Shown: positions 40,830 to 58,330 of the stretch, piece after piece
Numbering within the stretch: position 1 is the stretch's first letter
Layout of the letters: each line of letters begins with the position of its first letter
Assembly: GCF_009914755.1 (NCBI RefSeq)
Contig: NC_060930.1
Direction: 5' to 3' (one strand)
DNA from: the human T2T-CHM13v2.0 reference genome, Homo sapiens
Length of the DNA stretch: 64,000 nt
The notes under the pieces: model-generated
Told to the model about the DNA's origin: nothing
Seen by the model: only the letters and a program-made list of their open reading frames with translations
Databases searched by the model: none
Position numbers and translations under genes: made by a program

Positions 40830-42060
40830 CTGAAGCCTAGATTTCTGTTCCCACTGAATCCTTCACTTACACAAACCTCATCAGCCCACTTCTCTCCACC
40901 TAACTCATTGGAGTTATTTTTTATTCTTCTGTGGGATTTTTCAACATGCCTCCAGTTCTCACTATACCACCTCCTGACTTCTATAACTAAATTTATTTTT
41001 ATATTCTCAATGTTTATAGCCTTTATGGGTTTAGTCTCTCTAGCTCTAATTAATTTATTCATGTCATGTATATATATTTATTTTTAAAACCAGGATTCAC
41101 CATGCAGCATTTACAATAGTATGATTATAAATCTAGGATTCACTGCAGAACTAAAGTAACGCTGTTGGATAAATAAGGAAATGTACTCACTTGTGACTAA
41201 AAGCTGTGACACTAGAAGAAAAAATATGTCCAAATTTTAAAGTCAACAATATATTTTCTTATACTATATCAATTGCACAAAATTATGCCACATTTTATAA
41301 TAGATTGCTTTATATTTGAACCCTGACTTTCTTTTAGATAAGTTTGTTTTTCTTATAGTTTCTAATTGCCTTTGTTTTTTCCTAGGAGAAGCATAGGGCT
41401 TTACCTTTTCACTAATGTCATTTAGCTTCTTAGTGATATTTGTCAAGGTGAATCCACTGATCTTTGACTTCTTGTTTAATTTGAGCAGGTTGCTTTTTAG
41501 ATTTGCTGCATAATCTTCATGGGTTTGTCTCCCCTTTCTTGTTCTTATACCTTCTTCTTTGGATTCATTTTAAGTTTTGATGAAGTAGATGCTCAATACT
41601 TTTTTAGAAGAGTGATTGGTAGAAGACCTTCTGAGCTATGCATGTCTGAGAATACCTTTATATTGTCTTCATGTTTGAGTAATGATGTGGGTTGGCATAT
41701 AACTCTAAGTTGAAAATAACTTTTCCTCAGAACTTTGAAACCAAGCATCTAGCCATAAGGACAGGAAATTGGATGCCCACCTGATTTTCATTCCTTTTAG
41801 AAAAATGATATACCTTCCCTGCTCTGACTCTCAAAATCTCTTAAGCCATTTTATTTATCTATGGTATTCTGAAATTTCATATCTTGATATTAATCTTTCC
41901 CCATCTACTAATCTTTCTCAATACGTTTCAATATGAGTTGTTAGATTTTTCTTTACACTTTAGAAATGTTATTGTATAATTTAATTTACTATTTTATCTC
42001 CTTTATTTTCTTATTTTCTATTTCTGGAACTCCCCTTGAACAGATTTTGGGTTGATCCTC
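40830..42060 (-). mobile_element. Highly decayed L1M/HAL1-like sequence
   Basis: T-rich, with ttgcatgtctgagaatacctttatattg...ttgaaaataacttttcctcagaactttgaa-like motifs. Confidence 0.5.
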
Positions 42061-42064
42061 CATA

Positions 42065-43170
<1,106 letters not shown>

Positions 43171-43299
43171 GTGTATATACTGTACCCCATGTCTCCCAGT
43201 CGCCTCCCTCATCCCTAACCTATGCACCTAGTTTTCATTTTTAAACTTTTCTACCCTTTAATCCATGCCCCATAAGATTTCCTCTTTTTTTGAAGTAAG

Positions 43300-43870
43300 G
43301 AGAAAATGACAATACAGTAGTGTGATATCCTGGAAGTCTAGTAATGGACATATTTCAAGGGAGAGGAAGTGGTAAGCAATGTTAAAACTATAGTTTGCTG
43401 ATGAGTCATGAAAGATAAGGACTGATCATTCACCACTGAATTTAGTGACATGGAATAATTATGACTTTGGCAAGAACAGTTTCAGTGGAATGCTAGCAGT
43501 AGAAGCCTGTTTAGAGTGGGTTCCATAGAGAATGAGAGGAGAGCAACTAGAGTCAGAAGCTATGGACAACTCTCTGGAGGAGTTTTTCTACTACGAGAAA
43601 CACAGACCATGGGGCAGTGTTGGTCAAGGGTGCAGGATCAAAAGAGAGATTCTTTAAGACGGGAGAAGTCATTGCACATTTGTGTGCAGGCATTAATAAT
43701 CCAGGAGAGAAGGAGCAAAAAATAATGTGATACAGGAGAGAAAGGGGACAATAGCTGGAGCAATGACCTTTAATAAATAAGAAGAAACAGGATCTGGCAT
43801 CCAAGGGAAAAGGTTGACCATAGATAGCAGCATAGATAGGTTATCCATGATAAGATGAAGAAGGATAACC
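43300..43870 (-). mobile_element. L2 fragment
   Basis: aagataaggactga...ccactgaatttagtgacatgga...aagaacagtttcagtggaatg. Confidence 0.7.
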
Positions 43871-44073
43871 AAGAAGGGAAAGGTTAACAGCAGGAATGAG
43901 GCCTATCTCCCCTGGGGGGACATTGGCCAGGGGCATGATTGACCTTGACTAGACCTCCTTCTAAATATGTTAATGATATTTACTGTCATCAGTTAAGACA
44001 ACCTAGAGTTATATAACAACCCACACCATTACTCCAGCATGAAGGCAAAATAAAGGCATTTTCAGGCATGCAT

Positions 44074-44941
44074 TGCTGAATGGGAAATCTGTTTTTCCTC
44101 TACTACTCTACTACTACTCTTTCTTCACTCCTGACATCAGATGTGTGGGTTTTTTTCCCCACATCAAGCAATTCTCTAATATTTTAGAGACACTAATTGG
44201 GTGTCCTACAATTCAGTTCTGACCCTATCTTCCTGGAATTGGTGCAGACTTCATAGGTTAAGAGTCCAGTCCCACAACACCGCCCCCACTTCCTGCCTGT
44301 CTCAAGTCCAGGTCCATAAATTGGAGGTTCCCACAACCCCCCTCCTCAGGTTCAATTATTTGCTAGAATGGCTCACAGAACTCAGGAAAGCAATTTACTT
44401 ATTAGATTACTGGTTTATTAAAAAGATACAACTCAGGAAGAGTATAGGACAGAGGAAAGAGAAGTATAGGACAAGCAAGTTATGTGGAAAGTGGCACACA
44501 GCTTTCACGCCTCTCCAGACATGCCATTCTCCCAGCACCTCCATGTATTCCACAACCTGGGAACATTCCAGACCCCATCCTTCTGGGTTTTTATGGAGGC
44601 TTCTTTACATAGGCAGCACTGGCTAAACCCTTGGCCATTGGTGATTCAGTCACTCTCCAGTCCCTCGCCTCCCTAAAGGTCAGGGAGTGGGGCTGCAAGT
44701 TTCAACCCTCTAATCACATGGTTGGTTCCCTTGACAAACCAAGCCCCACCCTCAGAAGCTTTCCAAAACTTACCCCATTAACATAAACTCAGATGTAATT
44801 GAAAGGGGCTTGTGATAAATAACAAAAGATTCTCCTTCATCAGCCCTATCACTTAGGAAATTACAAAGATTTTAGAAGCTCTATGCCAGGACCCAAAGAC
44901 AATGAACAAAATATAAATTCTTATTATATCACAATATCACA
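44074..44941 (-). mobile_element. MER21-family LTR
   Basis: Ends ...cttattatatcacaatatcaca; ttgctagaatggctcacagaactcagg motif. Confidence 0.8.
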
Positions 44942-45026
44942 TTAGCTCAGAGGTTTTCTGTCATTCATCCTTCTGAAAATAAAATATTGAGGCTATTCCT
45001 CAGCAGAATCTAAAATAAATATAAGG

Positions 45027-45961
<935 letters not shown>

Positions 45962-46076
45962 TAAGGAAGAAGAAGAATCAAGTCAAGATTGCTTATTGTA
46001 AGTTAGCCTAGAATTTATGGAGTTATGTAACATGACTGGTTGGTGAATGGATGGCACACAACTAAATATCTTCCTT

Positions 46077-46750
46077 TGAGAAATAAAAATAAAACTCTAA
46101 GTCCCCCAGCTAACTGAACAGACACCTTCTTGGCCAAGGGGACCCCAGAAAAACCTTAAAAACCAAGTCCTCGGTCGTGACAGAATGTGATGCTGGACAC
46201 GCCTCATTAGAGCTCCTCCTCCACTGACTACTGCTAGGCTTTCTTCCCTAAGGGGTAAACAGAAACCAGTCCTTTTGAAACCAACCACCTGATGCTGCCC
46301 CTCCCTGTTGTGGTTTTGACAGAACAACTGATCAACATTCCTTCCTGATAAGAGACCACTGGCCATGGAGTGGATAGCAGAGGCTGCACACAGAGGGCCT
46401 TCCTGTCCTCTGCTTCACCTTTTGATGGATAGGGTCTAATTGTAATATATTTAAATGTTAAGTGTCCACCCCAAAGTGAACATGGGATGCATGCTGCATG
46501 CGTGTCAGCCTTCCCACTACACACACCTGTGCCTTCTCTTCTTGAATATCCATAGCTCCTCCTTTAACCTGTTGAATATGTATACTTAGCCAACTGACTC
46601 GGCATAAATTCCTGTTCCCTTCACCCCTCTCTTGAAGTGTGTTTCCTTCCCAGCCTGTCAGAATGGCCACCTGCAGGCTGCAACCCTTTATGAGAAATAT
46701 GGCTTTTCTTTCCAAATTTATGAACCTCCCTCATGATTCTTCAACTGACA
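46077..46750 (+). mobile_element. ERV1 solo LTR (MER4D-like)
   Basis: TGAGAAATAAAAATAAAA...CTTGGCCAAGGGGACCCCAG start, ...CTTCAACTGACA end. Confidence 0.75.
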
Positions 46751-46959
46751 CTTTGAAAACAATTATTTCACATACAATTGTTCAGAAGACAATTGTTAAT
46801 CTGAAAACAAAATGTATACTCATAAGGGAGACAGAGATATTGTTTTTTAAACTGGAGTCTGACAGATTCCTGCTCCTCTCAAAAGAAATGCCACATCTGT
46901 CCATGGTCTGGTTCTTGCCTGTAGTCTTTGAATTATTAGTGAAGTTTGGTGCTGGGTAA

Positions 46960-47411
<452 letters not shown>

Positions 47412-48091
47412 TAAACTTTGATTTCTCTAGATTTAGTCATTCTGTTTATTCCTATTGGTCCTTCTCTTTCAATCACTAATTTTGGGAAATTGCTCTTGGT
47501 TACCTGGCAACAAGCTTGTTGAGACTGATGGCTCATGTTTCCCAGAGAAAGAGCCTGAGTTTTCCCATGTGCTCAAGTGCTGCCCTGCATCCACTGGGAT
47601 GGCTTCTACCAGAATTCAGCTTCTCACAGTAGTAGGCACTGTCCAATTCTCCAGATGCTGAAAGCTGGTATTTTCCAGGGGTGATTGGTGCCTAAGCTCA
47701 GACTTCTTAGTACTTGAGGTCAAAATGTTTATTTCTCACATTCAAGGCCATTGTTGGGCTCACTTTACACACAGGGAGTGCAACAGGAATTCAGGGTCTC
47801 CAGCAGGAGACCCTTGTGTTCAGCAGCTCCCCGAATCAAGCATGCCTCTCTCTACAGGATGTGGGTGGCATGAGTCCCAAGTACTTTTTGCTCCCAACCT
47901 CCACCATTTGTAGCCTCTGGTGTTTACCCTGACCCCTTTGGCAATGGTCTGCTGATCCTTGATGGTCTCTTATATCTACATGAAGGGCTAGACTGACTGA
48001 TGCATGTGGTTGTTATGCTTCCCAAAGCAACTGCATAGGTCTGTTCTCCCAACACAGCTTTTCCTGAAACAGGCAAGTTGTCATGGGGGTG

Positions 48092-48093
<2 letters not shown>

Positions 48094-48140
<47 letters not shown>
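48094..48140. repeat. (GT)n microsatellite
   Basis: Read directly. Confidence 0.97.
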
Positions 48141-48142
<2 letters not shown>

Positions 48143-48361
48143 TATGCATGCATGCACATGCACTGAATCACAGGGTCTATCTACTTTGGGGTGGAAGCCC
48201 TGTAGGGAACATGTAGACCAATTTTGTTGTCAAAAAGGCTAGAGCTTTACTCTGGTGTGCCAACATCCACTCCTGCGGCCCTAAGCCCCAGAGTCATAGG
48301 TCATTGACTTTCTTTAGAAACCACACCTCTGTGGGGTTTTTCCCTGATGTTCCTAAAAGGG

Positions 48362-48781
48362 CCATATATGCAAAGCGGTCCCCAGATGCCAAAGGAGTCA
48401 ATACATCAAAGAACAAAACTAGACAAATTCAGTTTGTCGGTAAAGGGTGGTTTATTGCAGAAACTTATAGATATAAGCGTGATCTTGGGTGGTCACAAGA
48501 CACATAGATTTCCACACAGTTACCTCCCAGACCCAAAGCTCATATACAATAGGGAAAGAGTGGACATGTTGCAGCAAGATAATTAAAGACAACCCTCCAG
48601 AACAGGCAGGAATGCCATGTGCGTCATAGCCCATAACTTGTGTGACAGCATCATTTTTGACCTCTTCTTACACTAAGGGCAGTAAATAAAGTAGGAAGCA
48701 GGAGGCATTCATGGGACTAGGGCTTGTCAGAAGTCAACATGGTGGATTAGCACCCAAAATGGAGTCATTTTTGTCCCCACA
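48362..48781 (-). mobile_element. LTR47-like solo LTR
   Basis: Reverse complement starts TGTGGGGACAAAAATGACTCCATTTTGGGTGCTAATCCACCATG. Confidence 0.65.
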
Positions 48782-49189
48782 CCGGGGACTAAGCACGGTA
48801 GAACTGGTTCCTTGATAAATGTAGGGTTAGAAAAGATAGATGTCAAGGTAGCCACTAGCATTTAATGCCTTAAATGCCTGCTGCCTACTCTTGCTTTTGT
48901 TTTGGCCAATCCTGAGCTTAGGGGTCCCTGGAGCTTGCACAGGAGAACAGCTGCCACCTCCACTGTAGCCTTCTTTTGAAGGCACTCAGGTTGCTTGTCT
49001 TCTTATTCAATACTACACGATCTTCTTTCCGTATTCTAGAAACCAGTCAAAATCTCCAGTCCATTCATTGCCTGCTGTGGTTGTTTTCACCCTATATTTC
49101 TTTATTTGTAACATATACTCATTCAGCATTTTGCACTAAAACCTAACCACTATATTTTTAAAAGAGTCTGGGTTCGAAACAATAGGCTA

Positions 49190-50315
49190 CTATGAACCCT
49201 GCCTTTTGTGTTTGCATAGGATATTAATATAGGACACCTTTGCTCTTGATATTGACTGCTGTCTCCAAAGGTTGAGTCAAAAATCATAGATGGTAAATGT
49301 TCCCATATTCCCAAGTGAAGTGCTTAGCCTCCTATACGGAGCTAGCAAAGAAGGTGATCAAAAACCTCTGCCATCCTAACATCCACCAAAGGGTTAAGAG
49401 GTTGAGATTGAGTAAGAATGCATGTTGAAAAAATTATTGGCAAGCTGATGTCTTTTTCTCCCCCTAACCCCAGACATTGCGGAGGGGAGAGACTCGGGGA
49501 CCTTTACCCCAAGTGTAGTGAGAAGGGCTTCGGAGACACACTTGGAAAGGTTGATGAGTGTGGCTTAGAGTTGGTAATGTGTTTGGCTCTTACGCATGGA
49601 GCCAAAGCTAAAAGGCTAAGCTGATGCCATGTATGAGGGCAGAAAAGCTTGAGATTGCCATGAACCACATGGGCAATGAGGATTGTAACTGGATCCATCT
49701 GGAAGGAATCCTACATAGGAGAGCAGCTGAGTGAGGGGATCCCATCAGTATCAGGGCAAGGGAACAAGGGTCAGGTGCTGAAGGTGAGGGTTGTTACAAC
49801 AGTTCAGCTAGAGAATGAGTCCCTCATGAGAAAACTGGGCAATGTGAAGTCTCACAGAGACCTCTGAAGAACCCACAAGTGCACTCAAAGGAAAAAAGTC
49901 AGCTTGGAGCCTCCATACCCCATCCTCAATTAGGGCCTCAGCTCAGCTGGGAAAGAGGAGAAAATCAAGGAAATCGAAAGGAAACTACCACATTCCTCTT
50001 TCCCACTGCAAGTTTCCAGCCCAGAGGAGGCCTGAACTGGGTAAGGAAGAAGTCTTAACTTAAGTTTGGATTTATTGCTCTACATGGAACTAGATATATC
50101 GATTATTGAAATAAAGCTGATATGACTAGAAGGAACTGAAGGTCTTTTTTATCTTCTGAGAGTTATTATAAGATTCTTGAGGCCTGTTTTGGATTTTATC
50201 CAACAAGCAGAGAAAAAAATACCTTTATAGAACAGGTTTGAAAGGGCAATGAAGAGAAATAATAAAGTTGTTTTCTGCTTGCCCTCCATGGAAGTCACAT
50301 TTCTATTCTGCTCAC
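49190..50315 (+). mobile_element. Very old LTR relic (LTR85-like, Gypsy-class)
   Basis: About 1.1 kb ending aataaagttgttttctgcttgccctccatggaagtc; boundaries approximate. Confidence 0.4.
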
Positions 50316-50786
50316 TCATCCAATTTCAAAATGCCTTTTGAGAAAAGATGAAATGGGAATTAGAGGTAGCAATTTAGATGAATAGGGACAACAAATATGT
50401 TGCCAAATGTGATAAACCTTCATTCATTATTAACAAAAATAAATTGATCACCTATTGTGTGTCACGGCCTGTGCTAGGGAGGGGAGATTCAAATGTGAAC
50501 AAGAGTGAGTCTATGCTACAGAATTATTAATCCGGTGTGAGAGTCAGACATGTAAACAAAGTATAGCCCAATGTGACATCATAATTCAGATGTATATGCA
50601 GAATTATATTGAAGCCTTCTCATATCTCATTTTGCTCACTTGTATTTCTTATCTGCATATTCTTAAAATTAATTTTTTTTAAGAGAGCTATCTACCGAAA
50701 TTTGAAATTTTCTAGTAGGGAAATCAGAAGACCACAGTGGAATAGTGGGTGGAGTGAGGCCTGGGCATTAAGAAGTGTGAATTGGA

Positions 50787-51212
<426 letters not shown>

Positions 51213-51402
51213 TTAGAGCATGGTAGAAATTTGGCATGGTAACATGTCTTTTTCTTACACGTATTTTAAAAATCTTAACTAAACTAAAGCTATTTCTTGC
51301 ATTTCACATTTGGATTTGGCAAACATGGTAAATAAGAAGAAAATGGATAATTTTTAAATGCTTCTGGTACATGGCTTTAGTCACAGACAAAAATTAAAAA
51401 TG

Positions 51403-52256
51403 AGCTAGGCGTGGTGGCTCACACCTGTAATCTCAGCACCTGGGGAGGCAGAGGCAGGAGAATTACTTGAGGCCATGTGATGGTTAATATTAAGTGTCAA
51501 CTTGATTGGATTGAATGATGCAAAGTATTGTTACTGGGTGTGTCTGTGAGGGTGTTGCCAAAGGAGATTAACATTTGAGTCAGTGGACTGGGAGAGGCAG
51601 ACCCACCCTCAATCTGGGTGGGCACAATGCAATCAGCTGCCAGCACAGCTAGAATAAAAGCAGGCAGAAGAACATGGAAAGACTAGACTGGCTAAATCTT
51701 CTGGCCTCCATTTTTCTCCAGTGCTGGATGCTTCATACCCTCGATCACTGGACTCCAGGTTCTTCAGCTTTTGGACTCTTGGACCTACACCAGTGGTTTG
51801 CCAGGGGCTCTCGGGCCTTTGCCACAGACTGAAGGCTGCACTGTTAGCTTCCCTGCTTTTGAGATTTGGGGACTCGGACTGGCTTCTCTGCTCCTCAGCT
51901 TGCAGACGGCCTATTGTGGAACTTCACCTCGTGACTGTGTGAGTTGATACTCCTTAATAAACTCTCTTTCGTATATACATCTATCCTATCAGTCCTGTCC
52001 CTCTAGAGAACCCTGACTAATACAGGCTAGGAGTTCAAGACCAGTCTGGCCAACACAATGAGACCCCATCTCTACAAAAAATTAAAAAAATTAGGAGGGC
52101 ATGGTGGTGCATGCCTGTAGTCCCAGCTACTCTGGAGGCTGAGGTGGGAGGATCACTTGAGCCCAGAAGTTCAAGGTTTACAGTGAACTCTGATTGTCCC
52201 ACTGCACTCCAGCCTGGGCAACAGAGCAAGACCCTGTTTCTAAAAAAAAGGAATAT
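51403..52256 (+). mobile_element. AluJ split by an MLT2A2 LTR
   Basis: Left arm stops at ...cttgaggcca (51475) and resumes ggctaggagttcaagacc (52025); TSD aaatgag. Confidence 0.9.
51476..52024 (+). mobile_element. MLT2A2 (HERV-L) solo LTR
   Basis: TGTGATGGTTAATA...CTGACTAATACA, 549 bp, TSD ggcca/ggcta. Confidence 0.9.
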
Positions 52257-52410
52257 AAATGAGAATAATAATAATCTTTATTAGTTTGTGGTTCAAAATC
52301 TTTTTCCTTTAGAGTTTTCGAAATAAGCAAGGTATGGGGACTGCAATAGATCATTTAAAGATCTTGAAGGAGATTATGGGGTTTTTGTTATTCTGTCAGA
52401 TTAATATTCC

Positions 52411-52773
52411 TGATATGGTTTAGCTGTGTCCCTGCCCAAATCTCATCTTGAATTGTAGCTCCCATAATTCCCAAATGTTGTGGAAGGGATGCGGTAGGGG
52501 GTAATTGTATCATGGGAGCAGGTATTTCCCATACTTTTCTCATGATAGTGAATAAGTCTCATGAGAACTGATGGTTTTATAAAAGGGAGGTCCCTGGCAC
52601 ATGTCCTCTTGCCTGCCACCATTAAGACATGACTTTGCTCCTCATTCGCCTTCTGCCATGATTGTGAGGCTTCCCCAGCCACGTGGAACTGTGAGTCCAT
52701 TAAACCTCTTTCCTTTATAAATTACCCAGTCTTGGGTATGTCTTTATTAGCAGTGTGAGAACACACTAATACA
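52411..52773 (+). mobile_element. THE1 (B/C-like) solo LTR
   Basis: TGATATGGTTTAGCTGTGTCC...CACTAATACA. Confidence 0.9.
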
Positions 52774-55387
52774 CAGCCTTCTTAGAAATATGGTATTTTG
52801 GCCATCCAGTTATTTAAAGACTACTTTAAATCTGACAAGTGTTGAATCAACATATATGAATTTATTTTTCTGTTCAATAACTTTAAAAATTTTTGTATGA
52901 AGAGAAAAGAGTGATGTATCTTAGCCTTTTTTGTTTTTAACATTTTACTTTTCTCATTTTGAACCCAGTTTACTTGAGGTTAGAATTTTTTTCTCCATGT
53001 GATAGAATAGATGTGGGTGAAAAGATTATCAATTTTTACGTTGTTCGTATAACCGCTATATAGTTCAAGGAAAGGTCCTATCTTTTCCCTTCCTATCCTG
53101 CCCTCTAGCTCCCTCAATGAACAGCTACCCTTTCTAAGTAAATTTAAATTATTAGTAGTGGTTATGAATTTGATCTACAGTACTTATATGTGCAAACGAT
53201 TGTATTATTTATTCTAAATTACATACATCAGTCATGTTTTGGGAGTGTCATTAGGGATCTGAGGACTTACATGATGCCCCCCAAACACATAAAAGGCATC
53301 TTGTCTTCACTATATCATTGCTGGGGTTGAGACACCCATCTGGCATATTTCCACTGCTGAGAACTATGCCTAGCACATCTCGGGCAGTCAATTCATATTT
53401 GTTGAATAAATAAATGAATGCTTGAATGGTTTATTCAAAGTGGGCAGGAAGAATTGTTACCTCAGTGTCCAAGGCCATGATCCTTAGTTGTTGGTGTCTG
53501 AAGGGGTCAATACATGGCACTTCCTTTTCTCTGCTACTTGAGTTAAGGACCCATTGAGAGACAGGTGCGGGAACAGTGCAGGTAGAGATCAAAATATCAC
53601 TTTAGATACTGAGAAAACTAGGCTGGGGAGGATGACTGAATGGTTTGCTAATACCAAACCCCAGAGATAGACTGGTTCACCTGCCCAGCCAAGGCTGCAA
53701 CTGCAGTCCTTGTTCCTTAGGGCAGAGCCTGGAGAATTGATAGCAGAAGAGATCAAGGAAGAATGGAATAGACCTGGGATGTGCAGACCTGGTTCCTTCC
53801 GCCAACCTATTCATCAGAGCAGTGGCTTCTCCTTGCCTGGGAGGACCAACAGTTATGGGTGGAGAGAGATTAGGTGTTTGACTCATGGAGTTCCCTCCAT
53901 GTGGGAGGAAACATCAGGAAACACTCCCCTTGACATAAGTACACTCCCCTTGACATTAGTATTAATACTCATTATTAGTATTCAGTTCCTTTATCAGTTA
54001 CGAGCCACCTCATAAGGAAGGTCTTAGGTCCTCTTGGGGCACAAGGACCCACTCAGCATGAACCCCCTAAATGCCAGTTTCTCCTCAGGTTCTGGAACCA
54101 ATACTCCTGCATCCTTGTCTGGTCAGTTCTGGCTCCTCCACCCACAGTACAGGCCTCCCTTGATGGTCCTCTATTCCTGGAACAAAAGCCAAGCTGGAGG
54201 ATTGGTGAGGCAGGGAAGGGCTTACTCTGAGCATGTTCCACCTTCTGTTTTTAGTTCAACAATAAAAATATCCTGACGTCAGGGAGCACAGAGTCAGAAT
54301 CTAATTTCTTAGGGTGTGAAAGGAGGAAAAAACAATCCCATTCTTCAGGTTCCCTACAAAATTTTTTTAAAATGCGAATAAATATTCCAATAATTTATTC
54401 TGCTTCCCAGGATAAAATAGCATTTGTAATTTAAATAATAGGCATTTTGGTGGTTTGGTTTAAAATTCAGCATTGATAATGGAGAGGAAATACAGCATAC
54501 AGTTTAACTCGTCCTTCCCCTCATGCTTCATTGAAGACTTAGCGCAGGAACTCAATAATTATATGTTGACAGAAAGAAGTCTTGGAAGGATGGGACTCTG
54601 GCCAATTACAAAACAGTCAATTCTTAATGTTCCCCCTGCAAGTGGGACTTCTGGTGGTACAGGCAGCTGCCTGCTGAAAGATCTGTTTGGCTCACTATGG
54701 CTTTCAAAACAGTTCTGCTACCAGAAAGGCCAGCATCAAAATATAACGATAAATATAACCATGGACAGGCTTTCTCTCTGGATGTGGTTGAGGAAACATC
54801 CCTCAGATACTGTTTGCCACAATCTTATGAGCATGAGGGAGAGCCAGATTTATGTGATTAGAACAATGAGAGGAGGCAGATATGCTGGGTCTTTAATAAC
54901 ATCTTTAAAAACTTACAAATCAAACCAATCCTATCTGACCTCTGAAATTTTGAGTGACATGAGCTTACAAAATATCTTTATTATTTGAGCTTAAAAGTCA
55001 ACAGATAGAAACACTTAGAAAGGAACAGTAACATCTTGAGCTATTTTTCACCATAAATTTGGCTTTTTAAATTAATTCTTGTCACTAGGCAGGCTTTCAA
55101 GAAGTAGAGCACAAGGAAAATACATTTTGATAAGAGGGGTGAGGGAAAAAGACAAAAAGGAAGAAGAAGAGAAAGATAAAGAAAAACAGAAAGTAATTTT
55201 TAAAGCCAGCCTCTGGATTCAAATTTTTACCAGATTAAAAGAGACTGAGAAAAAGAAAAGCTATCCAGAGAATTTTTTATAATGGTAAATCATTCAATGT
55301 AAAGGACTTCCTTTTATTTTGAGATTAGGTTCTTCCAACTATTTTTTGATATTAAAATATGAATCCTTTTTTAAAAACATGAATTTG

Positions 55388-55783
<396 letters not shown>

Positions 55784-56007
55784 TTAAAAGAAACTAGACA
55801 ACTTTTTATGGTCCACTCTATTAAAAAAAAAAAAAAGATGTATAATCCATAAGGTCCAAGATTTAAGAACCACTTCACAGTAGAATGAGTCAAGGCCCTA
55901 GAATGCATAGGACCAGAAGGACCCATGTTGAGACTAAGGGTTGGGAAGCTCCAGCAGAAAGGGGAAGGCATGAAAACAGAGAAAAGCTAAGACAGAAAGA
56001 TGGAGAG

Positions 56008-56350
56008 TATGTTAGTCCATTTTCATGGTGCTGATAAAGACATACCTGAGACTGGGCAACTTACAAAAGAAAGAGGTTTATTGGACTTACAGTTCCATAT
56101 GGCTGGGGAGGCCTCACAATTATGATGGAAGGTGAAAGTCATGTCTCTCACGGTGGCAGACAAGAGAAAAGGCTTGTGCAGGGAAACTCCCCTTTTTCAA
56201 ACCATCAGATCTCGTGAGACTTACTCAATATCACGGGAACAGCACAGGAAAGACCCACCCCCATGACTGAATCACCTCCCACTGGGTTCCTCCCACAACA
56301 TGTGGGAATTTAAGATGAGATTTGGGTGGGGACACAGCCAAACCATATCA
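56008..56350 (-). mobile_element. THE1B solo LTR
   Basis: ...ttagtccattttcatg-gctgataaagacatacc...cagccaaaccatatca, TSD GAGAG. Confidence 0.92.
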
Positions 56351-56957
56351 GAGAGGCAGATGGAAAGAGCAGAAGAGAGCTGGTGAAAGGGAGAATTAAA
56401 GAGTTCTTCAATCCTCTTCCTTTGTATGACCTCTGACTACTTAAATGAATTTTATATACGTGTGTGTGTGTGTGTGTGTCACAATGCTTAGTGCAATGAG
56501 CATTATATGTGTTTTCTGTGATAAGACTAATATACCGCACTCATAATTATATAATGGAAGAAAATGAAAAGAAGAACACTAATATTTGATGTCTGGCATC
56601 CATTATCTCATTGGCTTCTAACAAACTACCTTTTCACCCTCACTTTAAAGGACAGAAACATGAGTATGTAAAGAGCTATTTAAGGCCACAGGGTCTGTGA
56701 AGGAGGAAAGCCTACTGAAACCAAAGACATAGTCTTTCAGCTGCACCACACTACTTCAGTGCTGAGGCTATCCAAAACATAGCAAGTACAAAATTGCTGA
56801 TGTGTAGGTTTAGGCTATTAATAGCGTATGATTTTTAAAATTTCGTACAGAATATTAACTATCCCAATTGTATTTGACTCAGGCCAATGGCAAAACGAAT
56901 GTGCATCCTGGTCCCAGAATCAGAATTGACCATGTGTCAATTACTGATAAGAAGCTT

Positions 56958-57123
<166 letters not shown>

Positions 57124-58330
57124 GAAGAAGTTAAAAGTTTGCCCAGAAGAGAAGGAGGTGCCTAAAGTTAAGACTTGTAGAACCTTATTTTGTTTTTTGG
57201 AATTTAAACTCATTAAGCACAGAAGTATTTTAATACATATTAGAGGATTAAGAAGCAGTTTGGTTTCTCTAAGCCCTTTTACAGAACTTCTTTAGAGGCC
57301 TGGGGAAGAGGGAGTGGAGGAGGGTTGGGATTAAACAGATAGACAAGCCATCATTTTACATTTTACTAAAGTGGTGCCAGGTTCTTAGCAGTAATGTGAA
57401 AGGACTACAACATAAGTGAAGAGGCCTGGGAACTGAATTTTAAAGCTTAGTAAAGTCCACACTAGTTACATACTTTAAGAGGATATGAGATATACATCTA
57501 CAAAGCAATAAAATTTACTCTAGAAACAATAAGTTTCCTTTAATCCTAAACATTGCGATTGTTCATAATATGTTCCATGTTTTTAAATCTCTTGATCAAA
57601 CTAGATGACTTTTTCAGAAATATTTCTATCCAATCTATAGCAGAAATGTGATAAGGCAGCTGATTCAGCACCTAGTAATAAAATAGAATTCATTCCCCAA
57701 ACCCTGATTTAGAATAGATTTATATGTCCTTTGGCCATTGATAAATCTGGAGCTTTGCACAGCTTTGATTTAAAAGTTTCTCAGCAATGACCAAACTCAG
57801 AATCTATCCCTTCCCCCTTGCTGAAACACAAGAAAGAAACAGTCCTCGCTGTCACTGTAATTCAGAACTTCTTTAATGAAACCAGCTTTCCGCAGCTCCA
57901 TATATCCATCTAAGCACAGCTAAGGGCAGCTCCCTGCCCTTGACTCTCCATGGAAAGGAATCGGGCTTTCTCTCTCTGTGAAACATAGGGATTGACCACC
58001 TCATATATTTTGAAAGTACATTTTCTAGTTTATCTTTCTATTGGTGATTCTGAAACCAGGGTAAGGTTGGTATTTGTTTTGGAGAAACGAAAAAGAACTT
58101 CACACTGCTCAAAGGAGAGTTATATTTTATTTTTATTTTTTTCAATTACTGAGATAACAGGAAACAAAAAAGAGAGTTCTAAAAGGGTGAAATTTGGAGT
58201 CTTAAAGAGTTCAAATACAGAAATAGAGACTATGTTCTCTGGAAAGCCTCCTAATCAGCAAAATTTCAGCCTAGAAACCATATATTCATGTCCTGTGATT
58301 TGGACTTCATCTGCCCTGGATCAAAATAGG

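Noticed and set aside
53921-53960. 20-bp tandem duplication (similar ones at about 5469-5511, 22196-22219, 39791-39813, 63418-63450)
   Set aside because: Ordinary two-copy slippage duplications with no spacer structure; not CRISPR-like
54473-54988. 171-aa plus-strand ORF
   Set aside because: Non-ATG (TTG) start, no recognisable homology, no splice or Kozak support
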